In this document: positions 41,794-50,543 of the stretch, one piece after another
How positions within the stretch are numbered: position 1 is the first letter of the stretch
Layout: each line of letters starts with the position of its first letter
DNA from: a virus
Taxonomy: Duplodnaviria; Caudoviricetes
Length of the DNA stretch: 64,000 nucleotides
IMG/VR virus record: IMGVR_UViG_3300028048_000054
Reading direction: 5' to 3' (one strand)
Program-made: the position numbers and the translations under genes
The notes under the pieces: generated by a model
What the model was told of the DNA's origin: nothing
What the model saw: the letters and a program-made list of their open reading frames with translations, nothing else
Database searches by the model: none

Positions 41794-42849
41794 TTAGTTC
41801 TCCGTTCCATAATTATCAAAGTATCTCTTTACATAAACAATTGGTGTTCCCTTATCACCACTACCACTTGTTAAGTCCATTAAAGATGCTAGTAAATCTA
41901 CATATCTTCTTGGAGTAGTGCCTTGACTTACCATATTGCCTTTTAAATTATTATCTTTATTTTGAATATCTGCTTTAATGGCTTCTTCTAATTCTTTACC
42001 ATTTAGATTAGCATACTTTTCATCGGCAATATTCTTTAACTTCAATTCGTTCGGAGTTCCCTCTAAACCTTTTGTATAAGCAGGTGAAGTAATTGGGTCG
42101 GCAAATTCCCAAATGCCACCTACGGGGTCTTTGAAACAGCCATCACCATAGACCATTACTTCTACTTTCTTTTGTAGTGTTCTGTTAAAGATATTTGCTT
42201 TAATTTCTTCAACGAGTTTTTGAGCGTAGTATTTAGAAGGAAATAATTTTAATTTTTCTTCACTTGCTTTATTTGAACCCAAAAGACCCCATTCACATTT
42301 ATTGCGACAAAAATCTGCCAATGTGAATTTCCCTAACTTATCACCAACAGGGTGGAGTCTACAATCAATAGCAGAGTCAAAATCATAATTAAGTGATTCA
42401 TTGGGCAATTTAATATAAGCGTCTTTACCCTCACCCTCAATGATTGATTTGTAGTATTCATCATAGTTAAGCCCTGTAAATGGGTGACAACGATACACAT
42501 TGCCGACTTCATCTACATAGTCTAGTCTAAGATGAACTCCAGATTGGGCGGCACGAGCAATTGCTTTTAGAATCATCGCAAATCTATTTCTGGAAAAAAT
42601 TGGACTAATAACAGTGATGTAGTTATGATTTCCAATTTTCTTTCTAATATCTTCGGCAACTTCATCTACTGTTACATAATTACCCTCTGCTCTTGCTACA
42701 ATAGATTCGGTAATGCCAATAACATCACCGTCTTCAATATTATCAATAGCATTTAAAACAACGTCAGTCACGATTTCTGCTAAATTATCGCCTTCTCTAA
42801 TAATTGGTGCTATTAAACCCGTAGAACTCACTCCATATTTTTTAGTCAT
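41794..42849 (-). CDS. coenzyme F420:L-glutamate ligase (CofE)-like protein
   Basis: APIIREGD.LA, DVIGITESIVARAEG, GDGCFKDP, LASLMDLTSGSGDKGTP. Confidence 0.8.
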   Translation of the reverse strand: MTKKYGVSSTGLIAPIIREGDNLAEIVTDVVLNAIDNIEDGDVIGITESIVARAEGNYVTVDEVAEDIRKKIGNHNYITVISPIFSRNRFAMILKAIARAAQSGVHLRLDYVDEVGNVYRCHPFTGLNYDEYYKSIIEGEGKDAYIKLPNESLNYDFDSAIDCRLHPVGDKLGKFTLADFCRNKCEWGLLGSNKASEEKLKLFPSKYYAQKLVEEIKANIFNRTLQKKVEVMVYGDGCFKDPVGGIWEFADPITSPAYTKGLEGTPNELKLKNIADEKYANLNGKELEEAIKADIQNKDNNLKGNMVSQGTTPRRYVDLLASLMDLTSGSGDKGTPIVYVKRYFDNYGTEN

Positions 42850-43087
42850 TTATGTCCTCCAAACCGCGTGATTGAAATATACCATAGGCAATATCAGACC
42901 CATATTTTTTTACCATTTTACCAAATTTAATACAATCAGTGGCACACTCGTTGTACAATTTAATATGATAAATTGGAGTGTGAAAGAACCGAGTCCACCA
43001 GTCAGATGTGGCGGTTCTATCAATGTTTAGAAATGTCCATATAAGTCTTAGTCGTGTCATTTTATTCTCCCTTTTTAATACAGTATC

Positions 43088-43303
43088 CTACTTATAATAC
43101 TCAGCATATTCGGAATTTCTTATATCCGATTTTATCTGTTGGTACGAATTTTTAATAATGTGTGTACTGGTCCCAAACGATACTAAACAATGTTCAGCAT
43201 CAATCTCTTTTATTAATTCAATCATATTAAGATTAATTAATATTGGTTCATACTTTAATGGACCACAACTTTGTTTAATTCCTTCTTGATATTCTACAAA
43301 CAT
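43088..43303 (-). CDS. FlbD-like small protein
   Basis: ILINLNMIELI...IIKNSYQQI pattern. Confidence 0.45.
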   Translation of the reverse strand: MFVEYQEGIKQSCGPLKYEPILINLNMIELIKEIDAEHCLVSFGTSTHIIKNSYQQIKSDIRNSEYAEYYK

Positions 43304-43845
43304 AATTTCCTCTTTACTTTTTGAATATAATCAATTAGTTCTTGGTCGGAAACTATTTGATAATTCCATACATCTATTCCTACATTTATGTTTAAAATTT
43401 TATTCTTCTTATCATAATAGTGTTTCCACAAATTATGAACGTGACCACACAAATGTATTGACAATCTGTTCTCTGGGTTCATAGGCGATGGGTAGTGTGA
43501 AGCACTAACCATATATGGACCCAAATGTGTTATCAATAAATCGGCAACAGTATTAACCCTGTTGTTTGTATCGTGATTTCCTTTGATACTTATAAATGTT
43601 GGTTTTATCTGGTCAAGATAATATGATTCTTTTTTCTTTTCACCAGGCACACCACGTTCACCACCATAGCACATAAAGTCACCTAAATGTACCAGAGTAT
43701 CTCTCTCACCAGCACGCATATTGATGTTGTTAATTAAAACTTCGTCCATACGCTCCGCTGATTTAAATGGTCTGTCACAATATTTAATAATATTGACGTG
43801 TTGAAAATGTAAATCAGAAGTCCAGAATCTAGCCATAGTACACAT
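43294..43845 (-). CDS. calcineurin-like metallophosphoesterase
   Basis: SDLHF.H, HLGD, GNHD, HYP, GHVH, NVG.D. Confidence 0.9.
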   Translation of the reverse strand: MCTMARFWTSDLHFQHVNIIKYCDRPFKSAERMDEVLINNINMRAGERDTLVHLGDFMCYGGERGVPGEKKKESYYLDQIKPTFISIKGNHDTNNRVNTVADLLITHLGPYMVSASHYPSPMNPENRLSIHLCGHVHNLWKHYYDKKNKILNINVGIDVWNYQIVSDQELIDYIQKVKRKLCL

Positions 43846-44925
43846 ACTCCCTGTTTGTATCTATGTATGAATTGATACGGACCACGGCCCCGTCATCTTC
43901 TACATCGGCAGACAAAATCAAATCTTTATACATCCAGTATTTTGTACCAACATCATCATACAAAATCTTACCAGATTTCAAAGCATCTATAATTTCATCT
44001 ACTGTAGTTACTGTAAATTTGTTCATTTCATCACCTCATCATAATTAATCACAATCGGTCCGTTAGTTCCCTTTTCATTAAGTAGAGTTAACAGTTTGTC
44101 CTTATGAAAATGTATAGTATCTACAAACTTTATAGCACCATTAATACTAATATACACTGGGCACGGAAACAAACTTTCTTTAGAACTCATCAAGGTCGAT
44201 GTTGTGTATTTTATCAGTATCTTTTTTGTCGCTGCTGTCATCTTTAATAACTCCATACTCATCTTCATAATGCTCATTTAACCATTTTTCAAACTCGTGT
44301 AATGGCGTATGATGTTTAATAGTATAAACACACATTTGTAATAATGTATCTAACTCACTATATTTAAAAGAACTTATTCTGTACTGAGGAAATGTATTCT
44401 CCCATCCATACGAATTTGCCCGCCTATTCTTATAGTATAGATAAACTTTGTGTGTGTCTTCATTGTGTTGCTCATATATAGTATATGAGAATAGTTCTAT
44501 ATTATCTGGATTTGCTACCAGTACGAACGCCTCAGCAAATTTTAAGACAGGAACAACTAGCCCGTCTCGTCTAACAACATAGGTGTCCTCACCACCAGCA
44601 TCTATTAATCTCTGTGTAAATTCCCTTAGTTTCATAATTCTATTTTACATAATTGTTAATTTTTTGTCAAATTCTGTTTAATCATTTCGAGCATACCCTC
44701 TAACTCATACTCGGCTGCTTCCAATGCTTCTTTCTTTGTTAAATACATATACTTGTGGTCGGTATCATTAAACACATCAACACAACCATCATCAAATGTT
44801 ACTTCTACTTCACCCGCTTCGTTTGCTTTTACGTCTTCTACTTTACAGTCGTGAACAATATAATTTAGTCCCAAATAATAAATTACTTGTCCTTTCTCCA
44901 ATTTACCCGCATCATTTTTTGTCAT
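43829..44925 (-). other. four short orphan genes (43829-44026, 44023-44277, 44180-44635, 44656-44925)
   Basis: Abutting minus-strand ORFs. Confidence 0.55.
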
Positions 44926-45775
44926 AACCTATCCTGAACCTTTCGGACATCTCATAATCATATGTATAACCCTTATAGTTCACATCTCCTTTATCTATCT
45001 CTTCTCGTTCTCTATTTCTTAACGTCTCTACATTGCGTACTATTTCCTGCGTTACTACAAACAAAAATCTTTCTGGTCCTTTTTCTTTTATTCCATATGT
45101 TTCCAGAGCACAAAATGTTTCTGGGTATAGCCTACCATAGTCAACCAAGTCTGACGATTTTTCTGGTAGTTCCCTAGTTGATTTTAATTTCAACACGCAT
45201 TTGTTTGCCTCATCTTTACGAAGACGAAATAGAGATGTCATTACTTGTTTTGTATTTGTTTCACCTCTATGTGTACGCCGTCTAACATACAATGAATTGC
45301 TGGCCACATATGCTTCTACAGAGCCTCGTTTTAGTTTAGATGCGTGGTTATCTTTTTTAAGAGGAATCGTGTACAATAAGTTTGATGGAAATTTTGTTAC
45401 ATTTAATTGATATGATGTTTCTTTAATCAGTTGAATTAAATCACAACTACCATCAGTTATACTATGCGCCCCATATCTAAAAAATAAATTCACATCGTAG
45501 TCTGCCATCTCTGGAACTATGACAACGATTCGTGAAGAAGTATTCTGTCGTAGATACCGAACACATTTGTAGTACTCACCCTTTTTCTTACCATACGCAT
45601 ACACTACTACGATGTCTGGCTTATAAATTGTCAAAAATCTTTTCATTGTTGAGTCATACGAACTGGACCCAACAAACTCTATCTCACTATGCTTCTGTAA
45701 TTCTATCGTTGTTAGTGTGCGTGGTAAATCATCATTACACACCAACAATGTTTTAATTTTGTTGCCCAACACCAT
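44912..45775 (-). CDS. receiver-like (REC) domain protein, apparently without the phosphoacceptor Asp
   Basis: IKTLLVCND...EIEFVG...KPDIVVVY...RIVV...YGAHS resembles NarL-type REC. Confidence 0.55.
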   Translation of the reverse strand: MVLGNKIKTLLVCNDDLPRTLTTIELQKHSEIEFVGSSSYDSTMKRFLTIYKPDIVVVYAYGKKKGEYYKCVRYLRQNTSSRIVVIVPEMADYDVNLFFRYGAHSITDGSCDLIQLIKETSYQLNVTKFPSNLLYTIPLKKDNHASKLKRGSVEAYVASNSLYVRRRTHRGETNTKQVMTSLFRLRKDEANKCVLKLKSTRELPEKSSDLVDYGRLYPETFCALETYGIKEKGPERFLFVVTQEIVRNVETLRNREREEIDKGDVNYKGYTYDYEMSERFRIGYDKK

Positions 45776-46073
45776 ATAATTTATTTACTTCAAAATACTT
45801 AAATGCTTTGACGAAATTATAGAACAAAATAGAATTATCATTCTTAATTTTCCCATCAATATACAACTGCCAAACCTGGTTAATTGTAAAGCCAAGGTTT
45901 AACTTTTTAGCCCACTCTACAAACCAATTGTAGATATATTCAGACTGGGTAATAACTTCATCATCTTTAAGTATTTTTATCTCTGGTAATATCATACATA
46001 CATTATACAAAATATAACAAAAAAAGTCAAGAGGCAATAACACCTCTTGACCCCAAACTACATACTATTAAAT

Positions 46074-46589
46074 CTATCCTAATTGTGCCGCATACATAGA
46101 TGTCAATTCAGATGAACATCTCTGTACCGTTCTGTCCCATAACCTAGTTGGGAACCCGTGATGTAACTTACCTGCTGGTCTTATCACACTCACTGGGTTA
46201 TTCCAATCTTTTCTAACTTCCATAACCCCGTATGGTGTACCCTCTACTACTCTAAAAACATCTTTAACCAAATGAGATTCTACTGCATAAAACAACTTAT
46301 TTGGCATTAATTTATACACAGGGTCTGGAAGTTTATGCCCTGGGTTAATTAATTCGTTGAGATAGGCATCGTGTTTCTTTTGTTTTGATTTGAACTCGTG
46401 CTCAAAATCAGATAACGAAACTTTAATCTCTACTTCTTGAACATCTGTACTACACGCCCCAATTACATCGGCGAAGTAGTTATTTAATACTCCTACTTCT
46501 GTTGCTACTAACGGCCAATGTCTTATGAACCGATAGTAGTACATTACTAAACCTTTTATTTCTATTGATGTTAATGGGTGCATAATCAA
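46074..46589 (-). CDS. MmcB-like PD-(D/E)XK nuclease
   Basis: TEV...ADV...EVEIKVSLSDF, FYAV, YGV. Confidence 0.6.
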   Translation of the reverse strand: MIMHPLTSIEIKGLVMYYYRFIRHWPLVATEVGVLNNYFADVIGACSTDVQEVEIKVSLSDFEHEFKSKQKKHDAYLNELINPGHKLPDPVYKLMPNKLFYAVESHLVKDVFRVVEGTPYGVMEVRKDWNNPVSVIRPAGKLHHGFPTRLWDRTVQRCSSELTSMYAAQLG

Positions 46590-46590
46590 T

Positions 46591-46662
46591 TACCGATGGC
46601 AGGACTTGAACCCGCAATTCAGAGTTCGTAGCTCTGTGTGATGTCCATTTCACTACATCGGT
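46591..46662 (-). tRNA. tRNA-Arg(ACG)
   Basis: ACCGATG/CATCGGT acceptor, CAGAG-CTACGAA-CTCTG. Confidence 0.9.
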
Positions 46663-47117
46663 ATTACTTTAACTAAATACGCCGCCAATAAGCAGCAATT
46701 AAAAGCAATCAAATTAGACAAAAATACGTCTAAAAACCAATGTGCTTTAACTTTTATTCTTGTCCAGCCACACAGCCAGGCCAACAATAAGAAAGGAATA
46801 AATACATACCAAGGCTGAATGAAAAATAAACAGAAGTAAGCGGGCAAGCAAGCACTCATAGAGTGACCACTGCATAAACTTTCTCCATCCTTATGTGAGT
46901 AACCGTGTACATAAATTACGTGGTCCCCAACGGTATCACGTGGTCTTGGCTCGTCAAATATTCCTTTCAAAATCTGTACAATTAAATTTCCAATACCATA
47001 TACTACTGCAAATAATACCAATAATTTCCACCCACTTAAAAAGAATATCACGGGCAGTGCTGCTATTGGTAGTAACAAAGTTAGAACATCGCCTAATTTC
47101 TTAATAAAGTTCATCAT
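46653..47117 (-). CDS. PAP2-family membrane phosphatase
   Basis: K...EPRP, SGHS, TRI..AHWF.DV motifs, TM helices. Confidence 0.9.
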   Translation of the reverse strand: MMNFIKKLGDVLTLLLPIAALPVIFFLSGWKLLVLFAVVYGIGNLIVQILKGIFDEPRPRDTVGDHVIYVHGYSHKDGESLCSGHSMSACLPAYFCLFFIQPWYVFIPFLLLAWLCGWTRIKVKAHWFLDVFLSNLIAFNCCLLAAYLVKVIPM

Positions 47118-47241
47118 TAATCTTTTCCTTTACAAGTCTTCTCTTTGCTTTATTTCTTTGTCTTTTTGCTAACTTTCTTGCTGAAGTTTTGGTTGTTGTG
47201 TACCGCCACTCATCTTGTTTAACGTGTAAATCTCTGTCCAT
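47101..47241 (-). CDS. small very basic protein (46 aa)
   Basis: MDRDLHVKQDEWRYTTTKTSARKLAKRQRNKAKRRLVKEKINDELY fills the gap between genes. Confidence 0.5.
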   Translation of the reverse strand: MDRDLHVKQDEWRYTTTKTSARKLAKRQRNKAKRRLVKEKINDELY

Positions 47242-47242
47242 A

Positions 47243-47545
47243 TTACCAGATTGCGTATTTTCTTTTTTTGGTATCAGGGTCTAGAATTACAAATCTGTTG
47301 TTGACAATTAAACAGGGCACATCTTTCAATTTGCCCTTTTTATTTTTAACTGCGAACATCATTTTCTTTCCTTGATACACCTTGACCTTCGCATATTTAG
47401 GGTCCTTTTCGTGCCACTCTCTTGTTATATTCTTGAACCAATCTAAAGAGTGTTTGGATTCACCGAAGATAACAACGGTGAACCGACTTACTAATTGGCA
47501 TAGTAAGTAATACGTTTTCATCCATAATTCATATACTTTCATCAT
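47243..47545 (-). CDS. hypothetical protein
   Basis: 100 aa ORF. Confidence 0.6.
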   Translation of the reverse strand: MMKVYELWMKTYYLLCQLVSRFTVVIFGESKHSLDWFKNITREWHEKDPKYAKVKVYQGKKMMFAVKNKKGKLKDVPCLIVNNRFVILDPDTKKRKYAIW

Positions 47546-47561
47546 TTAGTTCACCTTAAAA

Positions 47562-47638
47562 TGGCACGTGTCCTTGGAATTGAACCAAGAGTATTCTGGT
47601 TTTGGAGACCAGTGGTTTACCAATTAACCGAGACACGT
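47562..47638 (-). tRNA. tRNA-Trp(CCA)
   Basis: ACGTGTC/GACACGT, CTGGT-CTCCAAA-ACCAG, encoded CCA. Confidence 0.92.
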
Positions 47639-47694
47639 AAAATGGTGCGGAAGGAGGGAGTCGAACCCTCACGGACTTGCGTCCAACAGATTTT

Positions 47695-48287
47695 CGTACC
47701 ACACTTACTTTCGTAAGCAACTTTCGTTTTGTAGTCTGGACTTTATCTTTACCATAGATTTCTCTTTAGGTAGTGCCTGTTAAGTCTCTACACCTTCCAT
47801 TTCTGGATTGGCTCGGTATTCCCATAGGAAAGGGTTCACCGAATTTAAGCACATTCAGTCATAGACTTTCGTCTACGCTGCTCGTCTGTACCATATAGAC
47901 CACTACACTTTCGTGAACAAAACGGACCTCTCTTACCACGTTTTGAATCACTTGCTCTGCGTTGTTGTTGAGCACGTGTCATTGTAAATTTCTTACCACA
48001 ATACACACAAGTTGCAACAACATTATCAGAATACTTAGTAGAGTGTTGTCGTTGATGTTCACCACGAGGAATAACAGTCAAATTATCAAGACTATTATTT
48101 TTCATATTTCCATCTATATGGTGTACATCTTCATATGGTTCTAATGGCCTTCCTAATTTTTCAGCCATTAGTATTCTAGGATAAGATATGACTTTGTGTG
48201 TTACTTTGTCATAACACCGATACCTACCATCTTTATTTACATAGATATTGTATCGTTTTGTGTCTACCATAATATCTTCCTATATCC
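47695..48287 (-). mobile_element. group I intron (trnL/IC3-like) encoding an HNH endonuclease
   Basis: U before the 5' splice site, terminal G, core AAATTCGGTGAA / AATACCGAGCCAA / GTAGAGACTT / AAAGATAAAGTCC. Confidence 0.88.
47845..48270 (-). CDS. intron-encoded HNH homing endonuclease
   Basis: LGRPL..EDVHHIDGN..NN..DNL and C-terminal CxxC...FCSRKC. Confidence 0.88.
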   Translation of the reverse strand: MVDTKRYNIYVNKDGRYRCYDKVTHKVISYPRILMAEKLGRPLEPYEDVHHIDGNMKNNSLDNLTVIPRGEHQRQHSTKYSDNVVATCVYCGKKFTMTRAQQQRRASDSKRGKRGPFCSRKCSGLYGTDEQRRRKSMTECA

Positions 48288-48433
48288 AAGTCTGTCGCGT
48301 CTACCAGTTCCACCACTACCGCATTATTTATTTCTATTAAGTATTTTGTATGTAATTAAATCTGCCACAACATTAATAAAAATGTTGCCTATAAACCCTA
48401 CAAGAACACCTAATAAAAAATGTATCATAAATC

Positions 48434-48508
48434 TGGGTTGAACGAACGGAATTGAACCGTTGCCTCTTGAGTCACAATCAAGCGGGCTACCATTACACCA
48501 CGCCCAAC
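48434..48508 (-). tRNA. tRNA-His(GTG)
   Basis: G-1:C73, CTTGA-TTGTGAC-TCAAG, CCA. Confidence 0.9.
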
Positions 48509-48525
48509 ATAAATCTTTTAAATCC

Positions 48526-48600
48526 TACCCTCGGTGGGACTCAAACCCACAAGCCTTGGAGGTAGAAGCTCCACGTGCTATTCAATTACACCACGAGGGC
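48526..48600 (-). tRNA. tRNA-Arg(TCT)
   Basis: GCCCTCG/CGAGGGT, TGGAG-CTTCTAC-CTCCA; no CCA. Confidence 0.88.
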
Positions 48601-49123
48601 GTTTAAATCCATTATCTTTTCTAGTTCGTACTGTCTTTGGGTCAATTCCATAATCTTTAACCCATTTAACAATTGTCTTGTCAGACACACCATATTTCTT
48701 TCCAACTGCTACATATGAACTAGTTTTTATTTCTTTTATTAATGTGTCTGCATCAGGTCTTTCACATCTTCTACTTCTTAATCCCCTACAATGCTTACAC
48801 ATAATAGCACCAGCACACATTTCTTTTCCACATACTGGGCATATTCGTGACCTTTTTATAGCAACAAATATATGTGGTTGAATTTCTTCCACATCACATC
48901 CCTTATGAAAAGCACTGTGGTCATTATTAGTTGCAAATATCATTAAATTCTCAGGTCTGTTATCACGTTTATTCAAATTTATATGATGTACGTGTTCTTC
49001 TGGTTTTAAATAACGCCCAATCATTTCTTCTGCAACTAATCTATGTTCTGCTACACACCCATTTGTCTTTGCGTGTGGGTGAGTTGGTACATAAACATAC
49101 TTATAGTCAATTCGTTTTGCCAT
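48578..49123 (-). CDS. free-standing HNH endonuclease with C-terminal HTH
   Basis: EHRLVAE..IGRYL..EHVHHIN..K.DNRPENL; YGVSDKTIVKW. Confidence 0.88.
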   Translation of the reverse strand: MAKRIDYKYVYVPTHPHAKTNGCVAEHRLVAEEMIGRYLKPEEHVHHINLNKRDNRPENLMIFATNNDHSAFHKGCDVEEIQPHIFVAIKRSRICPVCGKEMCAGAIMCKHCRGLRSRRCERPDADTLIKEIKTSSYVAVGKKYGVSDKTIVKWVKDYGIDPKTVRTRKDNGFKRPRGVIE

Positions 49124-49131
49124 AAAATCTC

Positions 49132-49212
49132 TAGGGATAGTAGGAGTTGCACCTACACACCTCTCGGCACTAGTTTCTAAGACTAGCGTGTCTGCTGTTC
49201 CACCATATCCCC
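49132..49212 (-). tRNA. tRNA-Leu(TAG)
   Basis: GGGGATA/TATCCCT, CTAGT-CTTAGAA-ACTAG, variable arm. Confidence 0.88.
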
Positions 49213-49220
49213 ATTAAATT

Positions 49221-49295
49221 TGGAGCGAACTACGGGGCTTGAACCCGCCCACCAACATTGGCAATGTCGTATGCTACCACTAACATCAAGTTCGC
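49221..49295 (-). tRNA. tRNA-Gly(GCC)
   Basis: GCGAACT/AGTTCGC, TT-GCC-AA, U73-CCA. Confidence 0.9.
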
Positions 49296-49299
49296 ATTT

Positions 49300-49375
49300 T
49301 GGAGCGACTAAAGGGATTTCAACCCTTCCTCTATCGTTGGAAGCGATACGTGCTATGCTCTGACACTATAGTCGC
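49300..49375 (-). tRNA. tRNA-Gly(TCC)
   Basis: GCGACTA/TAGTCGC, TATCG-CTTCCAA-CGATA, U73-CCA. Confidence 0.88.
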
Positions 49376-49380
49376 AAAAA

Positions 49381-49456
49381 TGGCTGCCTAGACAGGACTT
49401 GAACCTGTAACATTTCGATTAACAGTCGAACACTCTACCCATTGAGTTACTAGGCA
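49381..49456 (-). tRNA. tRNA-Asn(GTT)
   Basis: TGCCTAG/CTAGGCA, TTCGA-CTGTTAA-TCGAA, G73-CCA. Confidence 0.92.
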
Positions 49457-49956
49457 ATATTTTCAAATTGTTTATAGTATTTACGAACCGTACCACGACT
49501 TATTTTGAGTTTATCAGCAATTACATAATCAGAATTACCACAACTTTTTAATTCTATTATTTTACTAATATACTTATCATAGGTTGTTGCACTTTTCTCA
49601 ACTACAAATCGTTTTTGTTGCGCGTGTACTTCTCTGTGACAATTAGAACAAAGCAATACACACTTATCTAATTCTTTTTTAAGTTTATCCCAACTATGTG
49701 TTGTTCCATATTGAGATATACCAAAATCTTTTTGCGTTGGGTCTTTATGGTGAAACTCTAAAGCATCAACACACTTATTATACCCACAACAACTACACTT
49801 TCCACCAAGATATTCTACTGCTTTTAACTTAATTCTTCTACGCCGTAGTGTTACTGCTTCCGCTGCACATTTCTTACATCTTGTATGCCCGTCTTTTTCA
49901 AATTTATGTTCCGTAAGTCCGTGGTATTTACACTCTTTTAATACTGTTTTATTCAT
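49450..49956 (-). CDS. free-standing HNH endonuclease
   Basis: LGGKCSCCGY...LEFHH.DP..KDF...ELDKCVLLCSNCHREVH. Confidence 0.88.
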   Translation of the reverse strand: MNKTVLKECKYHGLTEHKFEKDGHTRCKKCAAEAVTLRRRRIKLKAVEYLGGKCSCCGYNKCVDALEFHHKDPTQKDFGISQYGTTHSWDKLKKELDKCVLLCSNCHREVHAQQKRFVVEKSATTYDKYISKIIELKSCGNSDYVIADKLKISRGTVRKYYKQFENIA

Positions 49957-50138
49957 TGTACAAAATAAAACCCACTCGATTCGTAAAAGTTGGAACTCTT
50001 TGGTAGCCGAGTGGGTATTCAGTACAAGCCTGAATAAAATCTTTGGTTATAACACTAGGTGTTGCTACCCAGGAGGTTCCAATTCCTGTCCTACACCTAA
50101 TGCAAGAGTGTAAACCAAACTTTAATTTTCAAATATAT

Positions 50139-50225
50139 CGGAAGCGGAAGGATTTGAACCTTCGAACCCTTTCGGATTGCTCGTTTAGTAGACGAGTGCT
50201 TTCGACCAGACTCAGCCACGCTTCC
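50139..50225 (-). tRNA. tRNA-Ser(ACT)
   Basis: GGAAGCG/CGCTTCC, G73, long variable arm, CTCGT-CTACTAA-ACGAG. Confidence 0.88.
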
Positions 50226-50228
50226 AAA

Positions 50229-50315
50229 TGGAGCCAGGTATTGGATTTACACCAATGATGTCCTTACGGAAACGGTTTTGCGGACCGCTGAGTTCGATTT
50301 CTCCCCCAACCTGGC
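50229..50315 (-). tRNA. tRNA-Cys(GCA), long variable arm
   Basis: GCCAGGT/ACCTGGC, U73-CCA, loop CC-GCA-AA. Confidence 0.8.
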
Positions 50316-50466
50316 ACTTAATCGGCTTCACGGTTTAGTCGTGGTGACTTTTTGAGGGGGAGGCGCACCACTTGACCGATTATGAGACATACTTGGTGAG
50401 GGAATAACACCTGTATGTCAACGGGGTATATTTGGTCAATACCCAACCCGTGAGTTACACTAAGTA

Positions 50467-50543
50467 TGGTAGGCGTACTTGGAAGTGCGCCAAGGACCTT
50501 CATCTTATCAGGATGACGCTCTAACTAACTGAGCTATACGCCT
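50467..50543 (-). tRNA. tRNA-Ile(GAT)
   Basis: AGGCGTA/TACGCCT, TCATC-CTGATAA-GATGA, CCA; atypical T loop. Confidence 0.88.

Larger units (their letters stand above)
47643..48322 (-). tRNA. tRNA-Leu(TAA), split by intron (exons 48288-48322 and 47643-47694)
   Basis: 5' exon GCGGTAG...ACAGACTT and 3' exon AAAATCTGT...CTTCCGCACCA rebuild a 7-nt loop CTTAAAA. Confidence 0.9.
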
